A stretch of 32,000 nt of DNA from Clostridium sp. CAG:417 (GCA_000432835.1 FR890370.1:102092-134091); one strand, 5' to 3'. Counted from the stretch's first letter, positions 9,232 to 18,656 are shown. Numbers and translations are program-made. Notes: generated by a model from the sequence alone, not told the origin.

Positions 9232-9480
9232 ATACTGGTTTATCATTTCTAAGTATAAAGCAAGTAATTTTTCATACTTTACTTCTGAAATGTTTTCCTT
9301 AATAATTTTAAAAACATCATCATATTTTTTATTAAATAATGTTTCCCAATTTTCTTTAGCTAAATTTGTAAGTAAAATAGCCTCATCCATATTAACATTT
9401 ATTCCTTTATCATTTAAAAAGTTACTAGTGATAGTAGGATTAAGTTTACTAATATTATTTTTTAACAATTTATAATACAT
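9226..9480 (-). CDS. small DUF2624/YqfT-like protein
   Basis: 84-aa helical protein with RBS ggaggt. Its position convergent to nfo mirrors the Bacillus yqfS(nfo)-yqfT neighbourhood as I recall it. The family call is tentative. Confidence 0.45.
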   Translation of the reverse strand: MYYKLLKNNISKLNPTITSNFLNDKGINVNMDEAILLTNLAKENWETLFNKKYDDVFKIIKENISEVKYEKLLALYLEMINQYL

Positions 9481-9555
9481 AAAGACCTCCTAGAAAAAAT
9501 ATATGAAATAACTTTTAAATTATGTAGCACAATATTAATAGAAAGAAGGATTAAT

Positions 9556-11610
9556 ATGAAACGTAAGAAGAAAAGAAGTGAATATAGAGAAAATATAAAC
9601 AAGAGAATACTAATATATCTAGTGATAGTTATACTTCTTTTTATGGTTATTATTTTAAGACTTTTTCAAGTTATGATAATAGATAATAAAAAATATAAGA
9701 ATAAATTAGGTGAACTAACTCTTAAAGTAGTAGAAAAGTCTCAGGCCCCAAGGGGAAGAATTTATGATAGAAATTATAATATTATAGTAGACAATAAAGC
9801 TGTCAAGGTAATTTACTATCAGAAAGATAAAAGCCGAACTAAAAATGCTGAAATAAAACTTGCTTATCTTCTAAGTCCTCATATTACACTTGATATATCA
9901 AAACTAACGAATGACATAAAAAAAGATTTTTTTCTTGCAAAAAACTCAGAAGAGATGAAAAAAAGAATAACACAAGAAGAATATCAATCATTAGAAGAAA
10001 GAAAGTTAACTGTAAAAGATATTGAAAATTTAAAGAAGAGTCGTATTACGGATGAAGAACTTAATAGTTTTACTGAACTAGATAATAAAACGGCATATAT
10101 TTATTATTTGATGAATAAAGGATACACTTATGAAAAGAAAATAATAAAAAATAGTGATGTCAGTGAAGAAGAATATGCTTATATTTTAGAACACGATAAT
10201 GAGTTAAAAGGTTTTAACGTTGAGGAAGACTGGGAACGAGTTTATCCATATGGAGATACCTTTAAAAGTATTTTAGGAACAGTTTCGACTTCTACTCAAG
10301 GTATACCAAAAGAAATGCGTAAGTACTACCTAAGTAAAGGTTATTCACTAGATGATAGAGTAGGACTTAGTTATCTTGAAAAACAATACGAAGGATATTT
10401 AAAAGGAACAAAAGATAAATATCAGGTCATAAATAGACATAGTTTAAAATTAATTAGTAGTGGTAGAAGAGGAAATGACATCGTTTTAACCATAGATATC
10501 AATCTGCAGCAGCAAATAGAAAACATTTTAAGTGAGGAGATAATAAAAGCTAAAAGTGAGCCTAATACTAATTATTATGATCATAGCTTTGCCATGATTC
10601 AAGATCCTAACACTGGAGAAGTTTTAGCAATGGCTGGAAAAAAAGTAGATTGGGAAGATGGTAAGTGGGTAGCACATGATTATACTCCCGCTATGTTAAC
10701 ATCTCCTATGACCCCAGGTTCTGTTGTAAAAGCAGCCTCTATGTTAGTAGGATATAATAATAATGCTATAAAAATAGGAGAGTATATGATGGATGAATGT
10801 GTAAAAATTGCCTCAACTCCCAAAAAGTGTTCTTGGCGTAACTTAGGATATATAAATGATATAGATGCCTTAGCTCTATCAAGCAATGTTTATCAGTTTA
10901 AAACAGCTATGAGAGTCGCTGGAGCAAACTATACATATAACATGCCGTTTAAAATATATAATGATGCTTTTTCAAAATATCGTAATATGTACCATTCCTT
11001 TGGCTTAGGTGTAAAAACAGGAATAGATTTACCTTTAGAAAGTACTGGTTATACTAGTAAGGATGAAACACCTGGTCTTTTACTAGACTTTGTTATGGGA
11101 CAATTTGAAACCTATACACCTGTACAATTATCGCAATATGTCTCAACTATCGCTAATGGTGGAAACAGATTAAAACCCCACTTATTAAAAGAAGTACGCT
11201 CATCAAGTGCCACTAATGAAATAGGAAAATTACAAAAGACAATTACTCCAGAAAGATTAAATTGTATCGATACCAAAGAAGAATATTTTAATCGAGTAAA
11301 AGAAGGCCTTCACGCTGTTACTATGTCAAGCTATGGTTTAGGAAAAAATTATATTGACAAAAGTCATGATCCTTCTGGTAAAACAGGTACCTCTCAAAGC
11401 TTTTTAGATACTGATAATGATGGTATAATTGATACCGAAACTATTTCTACTGCTTTTATTGGTTATGCTCCAACGACAAATCCTAAAATGTCTATTGTCG
11501 TAACTAGTCCAGACTCATCTCACCCTAATAGTCAAACAGACTACAATAGCCTAGTTAACCTACACATAACTAAGAAAATATCAGCAAAATACTTTGAATT
11601 ATATCCCTAA
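9556..11610 (+). CDS. class B penicillin-binding protein (PBP2/SpoVD-type transpeptidase)
   Basis: N-terminal TM anchor and dimerisation domain. Transpeptidase motifs SVVK (SxxK), SSN and KTGT are present in the correct order. Confidence 0.9.
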   Translation: MKRKKKRSEYRENINKRILIYLVIVILLFMVIILRLFQVMIIDNKKYKNKLGELTLKVVEKSQAPRGRIYDRNYNIIVDNKAVKVIYYQKDKSRTKNAEIKLAYLLSPHITLDISKLTNDIKKDFFLAKNSEEMKKRITQEEYQSLEERKLTVKDIENLKKSRITDEELNSFTELDNKTAYIYYLMNKGYTYEKKIIKNSDVSEEEYAYILEHDNELKGFNVEEDWERVYPYGDTFKSILGTVSTSTQGIPKEMRKYYLSKGYSLDDRVGLSYLEKQYEGYLKGTKDKYQVINRHSLKLISSGRRGNDIVLTIDINLQQQIENILSEEIIKAKSEPNTNYYDHSFAMIQDPNTGEVLAMAGKKVDWEDGKWVAHDYTPAMLTSPMTPGSVVKAASMLVGYNNNAIKIGEYMMDECVKIASTPKKCSWRNLGYINDIDALALSSNVYQFKTAMRVAGANYTYNMPFKIYNDAFSKYRNMYHSFGLGVKTGIDLPLESTGYTSKDETPGLLLDFVMGQFETYTPVQLSQYVSTIANGGNRLKPHLLKEVRSSSATNEIGKLQKTITPERLNCIDTKEEYFNRVKEGLHAVTMSSYGLGKNYIDKSHDPSGKTGTSQSFLDTDNDGIIDTETISTAFIGYAPTTNPKMSIVVTSPDSSHPNSQTDYNSLVNLHITKKISAKYFELYP

Positions 11611-11634
11611 AAAGCAAAAAAAACTAAAAAAACT

Positions 11635-11663
11635 TTGCAATATAGATAATACTTTGCTATAAT
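11635..11663 (+). promoter_or_regulatory. sigma-A promoter upstream of rpmG
   Basis: TTGCAA, 17 nt spacer, TATAAT, with an extended -10 TGn (tgc tataat). Confidence 0.6.
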
Positions 11664-11697
11664 GTATACAGACGTTTCGTGTAAGGAGGTGTTTTTC

Positions 11698-11862
11698 GTG
11701 GCAAAGAAAGTTGGAAATAGACAAAATAAAACACTAAAGTGCAGTGTTTGTGGTGAAGAAAATTATCGTGAAGAAAGAAATGTAAAAAATAGTGATAAAC
11801 TAGAAATCAGCAAATATTGTTCTAGATGTAGAAAACACACAACACATAAGGAAAAGAAATAA
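11698..11862 (+). CDS. rpmG: 50S ribosomal protein L33 (zinc-ribbon C+ form)
   Basis: VAKKVGNRQNKTLKCSVCGEENY...CSRCRKHTTHKEKK with CxxC...CxxC. GTG start 8 nt after a perfect aaggagg; the upstream ATG at 11662 lacks an RBS. Confidence 0.9.
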   Translation: MAKKVGNRQNKTLKCSVCGEENYREERNVKNSDKLEISKYCSRCRKHTTHKEKK

Positions 11863-11902
11863 AATAAGATAATATCTTATTTTTTGGTTATGGAGGATAA
11901 AT

Positions 11903-12460
11903 ATGACTAACTCAAATGATTTTAAAGTAGGAGTAACTATTGAAGTTGATAATGCCATTTATACTATTTTGGAATTTCAACACGTTAAACCTGGTAAAGG
12001 AGCAGCAATAGTTAAAACTAAACTAAAAAACCTAAGAACTGGTTCAATTATTGAAAAAACATTTAATGCAGGTGAAAAAGTTGCGTTAGCTAGAATTGAA
12101 AAGAAAAATATGCAGTTCTTATATGAAATGAATGGAACTTATTATTTCATGAATATGACTACATATGAACAAATCGAACTAGATAAGTCATTAGTAGAAT
12201 ATGAATCAAAATTCTTAAAAGAAAACTTAGAAGTAATTATGATGTTCTATGGTGATGAAGTTTTAGGTATAACTTTACCTGATAAAGTAGTTATGAAGGT
12301 TGTTAGAACTGAAGCAGCAGTTAAAGGAAACACAACAAACAGTGCTATGAAAGACGCTGAAGTTGAAACTGGTTTAGTTGTAAAAGTACCATTATTCATT
12401 AATCAAGATGAAGAAATATTAATTTCTACAAAAGATGGTAAATATGTTTCAAGAGCTTAA
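11903..12460 (+). CDS. efp: translation elongation factor P
   Basis: 185 aa with the ...FQHVKPGKGAAIVKTKLKNLRTGS... loop and the conserved modified-Lys context. Full-length EF-P pattern. Confidence 0.95.
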   Translation: MTNSNDFKVGVTIEVDNAIYTILEFQHVKPGKGAAIVKTKLKNLRTGSIIEKTFNAGEKVALARIEKKNMQFLYEMNGTYYFMNMTTYEQIELDKSLVEYESKFLKENLEVIMMFYGDEVLGITLPDKVVMKVVRTEAAVKGNTTNSAMKDAEVETGLVVKVPLFINQDEEILISTKDGKYVSRA

Positions 12461-12478
12461 TTGAGCTCTTTTTATTTT
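12452..12478 (+). terminator. intrinsic terminator after efp
   Basis: agagct-taattg-agctct hairpin overlapping the stop codon, followed by TTTTTATTTT. Confidence 0.7.
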
Positions 12479-12532
12479 GTTTAACTTGAAAAGAAAAAGA
12501 ACTTATGACATAATACTAGGCAAGAGGTTTTT

Positions 12533-13663
12533 ATGATGCAGTACGGATGGGATAAAAAAGAAATAATTGAAACAAGAAAAATATATTATAATTTAGAAAA
12601 ACAGTTTTCTAATAACAAAGATCATTTATCAATTAAAAATAGTAGAAATTATAATGAAACTAGAGAATACTATAACTTATTATTTGAGATTTTAACGGCT
12701 CCAAATGGCGAAGATATCAAGCAGAGTAATAAGGAACTTCTAAAAATAATTAGAGAAGAATATGCCTATGAAGAGGAAATAAACTATATTGATAAACAAA
12801 TAATTCTTTCCTTACAGGACATAATTCAAAAAGAAGAAACTATGCCTGATAAATTAATATTAAGTCAAACAAATTTTACCGATAAAGAAAAAATAGAACT
12901 TGTTGGTGATATGATTCAGTCAAAATTAACTAAAGAGCATTACTTATATTTTAAAAATCTATTTATTGATAATAAAAATCATATTTTATTTTCAGATACA
13001 ATAGACTCCGTATTTTTATATAACTCCTACAATAACGACCGTCACGTAATTATCGAAAAATGCAATAACATTTCAGAAATTTTAGATATAGCTCATGAAG
13101 CAGGTCATAATTATCGGAACTGTATTAATCCTATTAGAACTCTTAATGACAATGACATAGTAGGTGAAGTTGAATCAATGTGGTATGAATTATTAATGGA
13201 TTCTTATCTAATAGAAGAGGAAGTTTATAAAGACGATGCCATAGGCTTAATCACAGATACATTTAGTAGTGTTGAAAAGAAGACCATTGTCTCTGGTGTA
13301 TGTTTAAGAAATGATATACAATCAATAAAAAGTATCCAAGAATTTACTAAAATGGCACAGGAATATAACTTATACGAAAAAACGAATAGTAATTCTAATA
13401 CAGATTTATTATCTTTAATATATAAAGCAAAATGCGAAGCTACCCATATTTATATGTATTCACTTCTAGTGGTATTAGAGCTTTTGGAAATATATAAACA
13501 AGATAAAAAAAGAGGCCTTCTTTGTTACGAAAACTTTGTAAGTAGATTAGATAATGCTTCAAACTATAGCCTTGTTAAAGAGTTAAACAATGACTACATT
13601 ACCTTTAACAATCTAAATAATTACAAAAAGTATAGACAAAAATTGCTTCGTAAAGTGAGATAA
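12533..13663 (+). CDS. hypothetical HExxH protein (possible M3/PepF-like zinc metallopeptidase remnant)
   Basis: Single HEAGH motif (DIAHEAGHNYRN) in a helical 376-aa protein. Shorter than canonical oligoendopeptidase F. Confidence 0.4.
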   Translation: MMQYGWDKKEIIETRKIYYNLEKQFSNNKDHLSIKNSRNYNETREYYNLLFEILTAPNGEDIKQSNKELLKIIREEYAYEEEINYIDKQIILSLQDIIQKEETMPDKLILSQTNFTDKEKIELVGDMIQSKLTKEHYLYFKNLFIDNKNHILFSDTIDSVFLYNSYNNDRHVIIEKCNNISEILDIAHEAGHNYRNCINPIRTLNDNDIVGEVESMWYELLMDSYLIEEEVYKDDAIGLITDTFSSVEKKTIVSGVCLRNDIQSIKSIQEFTKMAQEYNLYEKTNSNSNTDLLSLIYKAKCEATHIYMYSLLVVLELLEIYKQDKKRGLLCYENFVSRLDNASNYSLVKELNNDYITFNNLNNYKKYRQKLLRKVR

Positions 13664-13712
13664 TATTTACAGGATAAAAAATAAAAATTATAATAAGGAT
13701 AGGAGGCTAATT

Positions 13713-14279
13713 ATGTGTGAAGGTAATCTAAATTTTCAAATCCTTTTAGATAACAAAGACTTAGTAGCAGAAAAGGTCTTAGAATGTATAGACAAAAACT
13801 TTTCCATAGAAGAACAAGAAAAAATATATGTTGCAGAAATTGATACCAAGTATATTGATGGAATAGGTCTATGTAACCACTATAATATACCAAGAAAACA
13901 AGGCGCCAACTGTCTTATAGTTGAATGTATAAGAAAAGATATTAAAAAATATGTTGCCTTATTAATACCAGTTGGTTATAAATTTAATATGTCATCAACA
14001 GTTCGTAAAAAGACAAATTCTAGGATGGTTTCAGTAGCAAATCTTAACTATGTTTTAGAAAAAACAAAGGTCGAAGAAAATAGTATAAATCCATTATGTA
14101 TTCCGCCTACTTGGCCCATATATGTTGACCCCAAATTATTAGATGTTCCAAATATAATTTGTGGTAGTGGATTACAAAAATCAAAATTATTAATTCCAAG
14201 CAAATATCTATTAAAATTACCTAATGTAGAATTAGTCGCAGATTTAGCGAAAGAAATTAAGGAGGAAAAAAATGAATAA
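13713..14279 (+). CDS. YbaK/ProX-like aminoacyl-tRNA deacylase-domain protein (tentative)
   Basis: Size and overall alternating pattern (GANCLIVECIRKD...YVALLIPVGYKFN...) are reminiscent of the YbaK/EbsC fold. The call is weak. Confidence 0.35.
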   Translation: MCEGNLNFQILLDNKDLVAEKVLECIDKNFSIEEQEKIYVAEIDTKYIDGIGLCNHYNIPRKQGANCLIVECIRKDIKKYVALLIPVGYKFNMSSTVRKKTNSRMVSVANLNYVLEKTKVEENSINPLCIPPTWPIYVDPKLLDVPNIICGSGLQKSKLLIPSKYLLKLPNVELVADLAKEIKEEKNE

Positions 14280-15000
14280 AGTAGCCTTAGTAACGGGAGC
14301 CAGTAAAGGACTTGGCAAAGCAATTGTTATAGAGCTTGCTAAAAGACATATTGATGTAGTTATTAATTATTTACATAGTGAAAATGAAGCTAAAAATCTA
14401 GCAGAGTTTATTAATAAAAATTATGGTGTATCTTCATTAGTTATAAAAGCAGACGTTGGAAAAGAAGATGAAGTAGAAAATATGTTTCAACAAATAGCTG
14501 AAAAATATCAAAAGTTAGACTACCTTATAAATAATGCTGCTATCGCAAACGATAGTGTATTTTTAGACAAAACAAAGGAAGATTTTCTGAATGTTTACAG
14601 TACTAATCTTGTTGGTCCTTTTCTTTGCAGTAAACATGCCCATAAATTAATGCCTAAAACAGGCTGTATTGTAAATATTTCATCAACAAATGCCATCGAT
14701 ACATTCTATACCTATAGTGCTGACTATGATTGTAGTAAGGCAGCCCTAATTTCTCTTTCCAATAATCTAGCAGTAGAACTTGCTCCAATAAGAGTAAATA
14801 CCGTTGCTCCAGGGTGGATTAATACATCGATGAATAAAGATTTAGAGGAAGAATTTTGTTGTGAAGAAAAGAAAAAAATTCTTTTAAATCGCTTTGCTGA
14901 ACCAAATGAAGTAGCAAAAGTTGTTTCATTCCTTTGTAGTGAGGATGCAAGCTATATTAATAAAAGTGTTATCAGAGTAGATGGAGGATTTTATGAATAA
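14272..15000 (+). CDS. SDR-family oxidoreductase (FabG-like)
   Basis: TGASKGLGKA Rossmann motif, NNAA, and catalytic S...YxxxK (YDCSK). 8-nt overlap with the upstream gene. Confidence 0.88.
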   Translation: MNKVALVTGASKGLGKAIVIELAKRHIDVVINYLHSENEAKNLAEFINKNYGVSSLVIKADVGKEDEVENMFQQIAEKYQKLDYLINNAAIANDSVFLDKTKEDFLNVYSTNLVGPFLCSKHAHKLMPKTGCIVNISSTNAIDTFYTYSADYDCSKAALISLSNNLAVELAPIRVNTVAPGWINTSMNKDLEEEFCCEEKKKILLNRFAEPNEVAKVVSFLCSEDASYINKSVIRVDGGFYE

Positions 15001-16216
15001 AGAAAAATTAGTTTTAGAATGTGAGAATGATCTTTCACAAGAATTTAAAAAGATAGATGAGATAGAGTTTTATAACAGTAAAAAAGTACTTGATGCCTTT
15101 CATAAAGAAAGCGTTGTAGAAAGTGATTTCAATGAAACAACAGGTTATGGCTACAATGACTTCGGAAGAGATAAGATTGAACGCATTTTTGCCCGTATAT
15201 TCAAAGCCGAAAAAGCTGTTGTTCGTGGTCAATTTATATCAGCAAGCCATGCTTTATGCGTAACCTTTTTTGCTCTTTTAAGACCAAATGATACCCTTCT
15301 TTCCATCACTGGTAAACCTTATGACACTCTAGATGAAGTAATAGGATTAAAAGAAAATAGCTCCTCTCTAAAAAGCTTTGGTATCTTCTATGAACAAATA
15401 GACCTAGTCGATAATGATTTTGATTATGAACGTATTTCTTCATTTCTAAAAGAAAATAAAGTAAAGGTTATTGAAATACAACGTTCTAAGGGATACTCTA
15501 CTAGAAAAAGTATTGGTATTGATAAAGTAGAAAAAGTAATCAAACTAATAAAAGAAATAGATGAAAATATCATTGTAATGGTCGATAACTGCTATTGTGA
15601 ATTTGTATCATATAAAGAACCAATTGAAGTAGGGGCTGACATAGCAGTAGGATCACTCATAAAAAATTTAGGTGGTGGTATTGCTCCTAATGGTGCCTAC
15701 GTCGTTGGTAGAAGTAATTTAATAGACTTAGTCGGTGAAAGATTAACTCTTCCTGGAGAAGGATTAGAAGTAGGACCATCACTAGGAATGAATAAAAAAA
15801 TATTACAAGGTTTATATATGGCTCCAAGTGCTGTTGGCAGTGCTCTTAAAACAGCTATTTTAACCAGTAAAGTTATGGAAACACTAGGCTATGAAGTAGA
15901 ACCACGTTACAATGATGAAAGAGTAGACATCGTTCAAAATATTACTTTTGGCTCTAAAGAAAAAATGGTAAAATTTTGTTCTGGCATTCAAACATCTTCC
16001 GCTATCGATTCTAATTCAGTCGTTGAAGGCTGGGATATGCCAGGATATGATGATCCAGTAGTTATGGCATCTGGTTCATTTACTCAAGGTTCATCAATTG
16101 AATTAAGTTGTGATGGCCCATTAAGAGAACCATATATTGCTTATATGCAAGGTTCCTTGACATATGATTATGGAAAATTAGGTTTAATAAGTGCTTTAGA
16201 ATATTTAGATAAATAA
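14993..16216 (+). CDS. YnbB-like PLP-dependent methionine gamma-lyase / C-S lyase family protein
   Basis: Typical family N-terminus (...TGYGYNDFGRDKIERIFARIF...) and fold-type I PLP enzyme length. ATG 14993 follows ggagga and overlaps the SDR stop (ATGAATAA); the ORF-track start is 14981. Confidence 0.7.
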   Translation: MNKEKLVLECENDLSQEFKKIDEIEFYNSKKVLDAFHKESVVESDFNETTGYGYNDFGRDKIERIFARIFKAEKAVVRGQFISASHALCVTFFALLRPNDTLLSITGKPYDTLDEVIGLKENSSSLKSFGIFYEQIDLVDNDFDYERISSFLKENKVKVIEIQRSKGYSTRKSIGIDKVEKVIKLIKEIDENIIVMVDNCYCEFVSYKEPIEVGADIAVGSLIKNLGGGIAPNGAYVVGRSNLIDLVGERLTLPGEGLEVGPSLGMNKKILQGLYMAPSAVGSALKTAILTSKVMETLGYEVEPRYNDERVDIVQNITFGSKEKMVKFCSGIQTSSAIDSNSVVEGWDMPGYDDPVVMASGSFTQGSSIELSCDGPLREPYIAYMQGSLTYDYGKLGLISALEYLDK

Positions 16217-16219
16217 CTT

Positions 16220-16248
16220 TCATAAACTCCTCTTACTTAACATAGTAT
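16220..16248 (+). promoter_or_regulatory. putative sigma-E-type promoter upstream of spoIIIAH-like gene
   Basis: TCATAAA, 14 nt spacer, CATAGTAT, compared with my recalled consensus kCATATT-14-CATACAhT. Match by eye only. Confidence 0.3.
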
Positions 16249-16271
16249 AGGATAGATAGAGGAGGATATAC

Positions 16272-16778
16272 ATGAATAAACAAAACTTATGGTTTTTAAC
16301 TTTATTCAGTTTAATACTAGTATTAGGAATTTATTATGTGACTATGCCAAATGAATTATTATTAGGCAAAAATGAGAGTACTGTAAAAACTACCGCTCAA
16401 AAATCTACTAAAAAAACAACCGTCAAAGAAAATTCTACCTTAGAAGCCATGCGAGTCAGTCTAGAAGAAGAACGTAATGAGCAAATGACCGCGCTACAAG
16501 CCCAATTAACAAGTGACAAAATAACAACAGAAGAAAAAAACAACGCATATGAACAATTAAAATACCTAAATCAATTACAAGGAAAAGAAGAATCTTTAGA
16601 AAAAAAGATTAAAGAAAAATACAACTTAAATTGCTTTGTAAAAATAGATAACTCTAACATCACAACCGTTTGTATTTCTTCTAAACACGATAATGCTTTA
16701 GCCAATAACATCATGCGTCTTATTCAAGAACAATATGAAAATAAAATGTACATAAGTGTAAAATTTGAAAAGAAGTAA
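16272..16778 (+). CDS. spoIIIAH: SpoIIIAH-like stage III sporulation protein
   Basis: N-terminus NKQNLWFLTLFSLILVLGIYYV resembles the SpoIIIAH anchor. This is followed by a low-complexity linker and a C-terminal YscJ/FliF-like domain (VKIDNSNITTVCISS...ANNIMRLIQEQY...VKFE). Confidence 0.7.
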   Translation: MNKQNLWFLTLFSLILVLGIYYVTMPNELLLGKNESTVKTTAQKSTKKTTVKENSTLEAMRVSLEEERNEQMTALQAQLTSDKITTEEKNNAYEQLKYLNQLQGKEESLEKKIKEKYNLNCFVKIDNSNITTVCISSKHDNALANNIMRLIQEQYENKMYISVKFEKK

Positions 16779-16805
16779 CTAAAATATACATTCCTACATA
16801 TAATA
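16778..16805 (+). promoter_or_regulatory. putative sigma-K-type promoter upstream of gerE
   Basis: AC, 17 nt spacer, CATATAATA, compared with my recalled consensus AC-16/17-CATAnnnTA. By eye only. Confidence 0.25.
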
Positions 16806-16837
16806 TCTTAGTAAAAGTATGAGAGGATGTATTTTTA

Positions 16838-17047
16838 ATGTCTAAAAAGATATTAACAATGAGGGAGAAAGAGATATTTTCTAAGTTGATTGAAAATATG
16901 ACTACTAAACAAATCGCTCAGTCACTGAATATCAGTGAAAAAACAGTTAGAAATCATATTTCTAATGTTATGCAAAAATTAGGTGTTAATGGTAGAGCAA
17001 GTGCAGTTGTTGAATTAATTAAACTGGGAGAATTAAAAATAAACTAA
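16838..17047 (+). CDS. gerE: GerE-type LuxR-family HTH transcriptional regulator
   Basis: 69 aa made of a LuxR-type HTH only (LTMREKEIFSKL...TTKQIAQSLNISEKTVRNHISNVMQKLGVNGRASAV). Size and sporulation neighbourhood fit GerE. Confidence 0.8.
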   Translation: MSKKILTMREKEIFSKLIENMTTKQIAQSLNISEKTVRNHISNVMQKLGVNGRASAVVELIKLGELKIN

Positions 17048-17129
17048 TACCATCATTGTTATATACTAATTAAGAAATATTATTTGGAATATAATAATAT
17101 TTTTTTCATATATATTAATAGGTGATTTT

Positions 17130-18089
17130 ATGATAAAAGATAAGGCTTTAAAAAAAATCTTAGTGGCATCGACTACCTTACTTATTATCTTAACAATCTA
17201 TGTGATTAAAGATTTTTCTAAACCAAATACTTTGCAAACTAACTTAGAGTTAGAATATGTAACCGGAGTAGGTACCAATAATATCTATCTTCTTAATAAA
17301 AATGGCCTTTTAGTAAAAAGTAAGATTTTGATTACTGAAAATAATAAGGAAAAACAAATCAAAACAATATTAAAAAATTTAACTATCGGTCAAAACAATA
17401 ATTACCCAGATGAATTAAGTGGAACAATTCCAAAAGACACCAAGGTTAAAAACGTTGTATATGATGAGGGATATGTTACTATAGATTTTTCAAAAAATAT
17501 ATTAGGTGTTAAAGAGTCAAAGGAAAACAGCATGCTTGAAAGCATTGTTTATAGTATTTTTGATCTTAAGGATATTAAAGGCATAATCATTCAAGTAGAA
17601 GGTGAAGTTTTAGAAAATTACCCCAACTCTAAAGCCAAAATAACTTATCCTTTAACAAAAAGTATAGGAATAAATAAAGAGTATAACCTTCATCAAAGAA
17701 ATAATATTAATAAGGTAGTAGTTTATTACTTAGAAGAAATTGATAATAAAAACTATTATGTACCAGTAACAAAATATCTAAATGATCCAAATGATAAAAT
17801 CAAAATCATCATTGATTCTCTTACGACTAGTTATATATATGAACCTAATTTAATGAGCTTTTTAAATAGTAATGCTAAACTTAATAGTTATAGTGAAAAA
17901 GAAAATGTTTTCTTTTTAGACTTTAATACTAATTTATATGATAGTAAGGATAAAGTTTTAGAGGAAGTAATTTATAGCATTAGTTATTCTATTTTTGATA
18001 ACTATGATGTCGGAAGCATCGTATTTAGTGTAGATGGTAAAAATATCAAAACAGTTTCCTTGATGGATGATACCAAGAGTAAAAACTAG
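17130..18089 (+). CDS. gerM: GerM-like germination/sporulation protein (two GerMN domains)
   Basis: N-terminal anchor. Two repeats show the GerMN pattern (...GTIPKDTKVKNVVYDEGYVTIDFSK...ESIVYSIFD...; ...FFLDFNTNLYD...EEVIYSISYSIFD...). Confidence 0.7.
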   Translation: MIKDKALKKILVASTTLLIILTIYVIKDFSKPNTLQTNLELEYVTGVGTNNIYLLNKNGLLVKSKILITENNKEKQIKTILKNLTIGQNNNYPDELSGTIPKDTKVKNVVYDEGYVTIDFSKNILGVKESKENSMLESIVYSIFDLKDIKGIIIQVEGEVLENYPNSKAKITYPLTKSIGINKEYNLHQRNNINKVVVYYLEEIDNKNYYVPVTKYLNDPNDKIKIIIDSLTTSYIYEPNLMSFLNSNAKLNSYSEKENVFFLDFNTNLYDSKDKVLEEVIYSISYSIFDNYDVGSIVFSVDGKNIKTVSLMDDTKSKN

Positions 18090-18149
18090 TATAAATTGAC
18101 ATATATTAGTCAAAATAATATTAAATAGAAGAGAAAATAAATAAAAAAT

Positions 18150-18178
18150 TTGACAAAATAACATTAATGTGCTATAAT
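18150..18178 (+). promoter_or_regulatory. near-consensus sigma-A promoter driving the 18228 gene
   Basis: TTGACA (18150-18155), 17 nt spacer, TATAAT (18173-18178), with extended -10 TGc. A second TTGACA-17-TATTAA candidate lies at ~18097-18125. Confidence 0.7.
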
Positions 18179-18227
18179 GTGTGTACTTTGAAGGTACAGG
18201 GCATTAATACGATTAGGGGGCGTTATA

Positions 18228-18656
18228 ATGACAGAAGCTAAAAATATGTATATATTTGAATATTTAGATGAGAATGATTTCAGAAAGAAAGAAAGATCAG
18301 TAAGAAAGTATAATATGCTTGCTTATAAGAAATTAACATTCGACTATTATCCAAAACTACGTAAGGGTGAATTTCTTGGTGAACTTATTAAAAAAGATGA
18401 AAAGACTAAAACTAAAACATATGAGTTAAAGTTACCAACAGATGAATTATTTACAAAAGTTCATGGTGAAATCAGACTTCATTATACAGTATATACTGAG
18501 AAAAAAATTATTTTACTTACTAATATTACTCCAGAAGGTATTTTAGATGAGGGACATCGAGCTGAACTTTCAACTTATAAAGGTGTTATGATATCTAAAA
18601 AAGATCCTGAAAGAGATATGTTTAAAATTAATTTATTAAATATGTTAGATAAATAA
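18228..18656 (+). CDS. hypothetical protein (weak RelE/HigB-Gp49-like flavour)
   Basis: RBS aggggg. The pattern YELKLP...GEIRLHYTVYTEKKIILLTNITP loosely recalls the beta-core of RelE/ParE/Gp49 toxins. Not diagnostic. Confidence 0.5.
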   Translation: MTEAKNMYIFEYLDENDFRKKERSVRKYNMLAYKKLTFDYYPKLRKGEFLGELIKKDEKTKTKTYELKLPTDELFTKVHGEIRLHYTVYTEKKIILLTNITPEGILDEGHRAELSTYKGVMISKKDPERDMFKINLLNMLDK

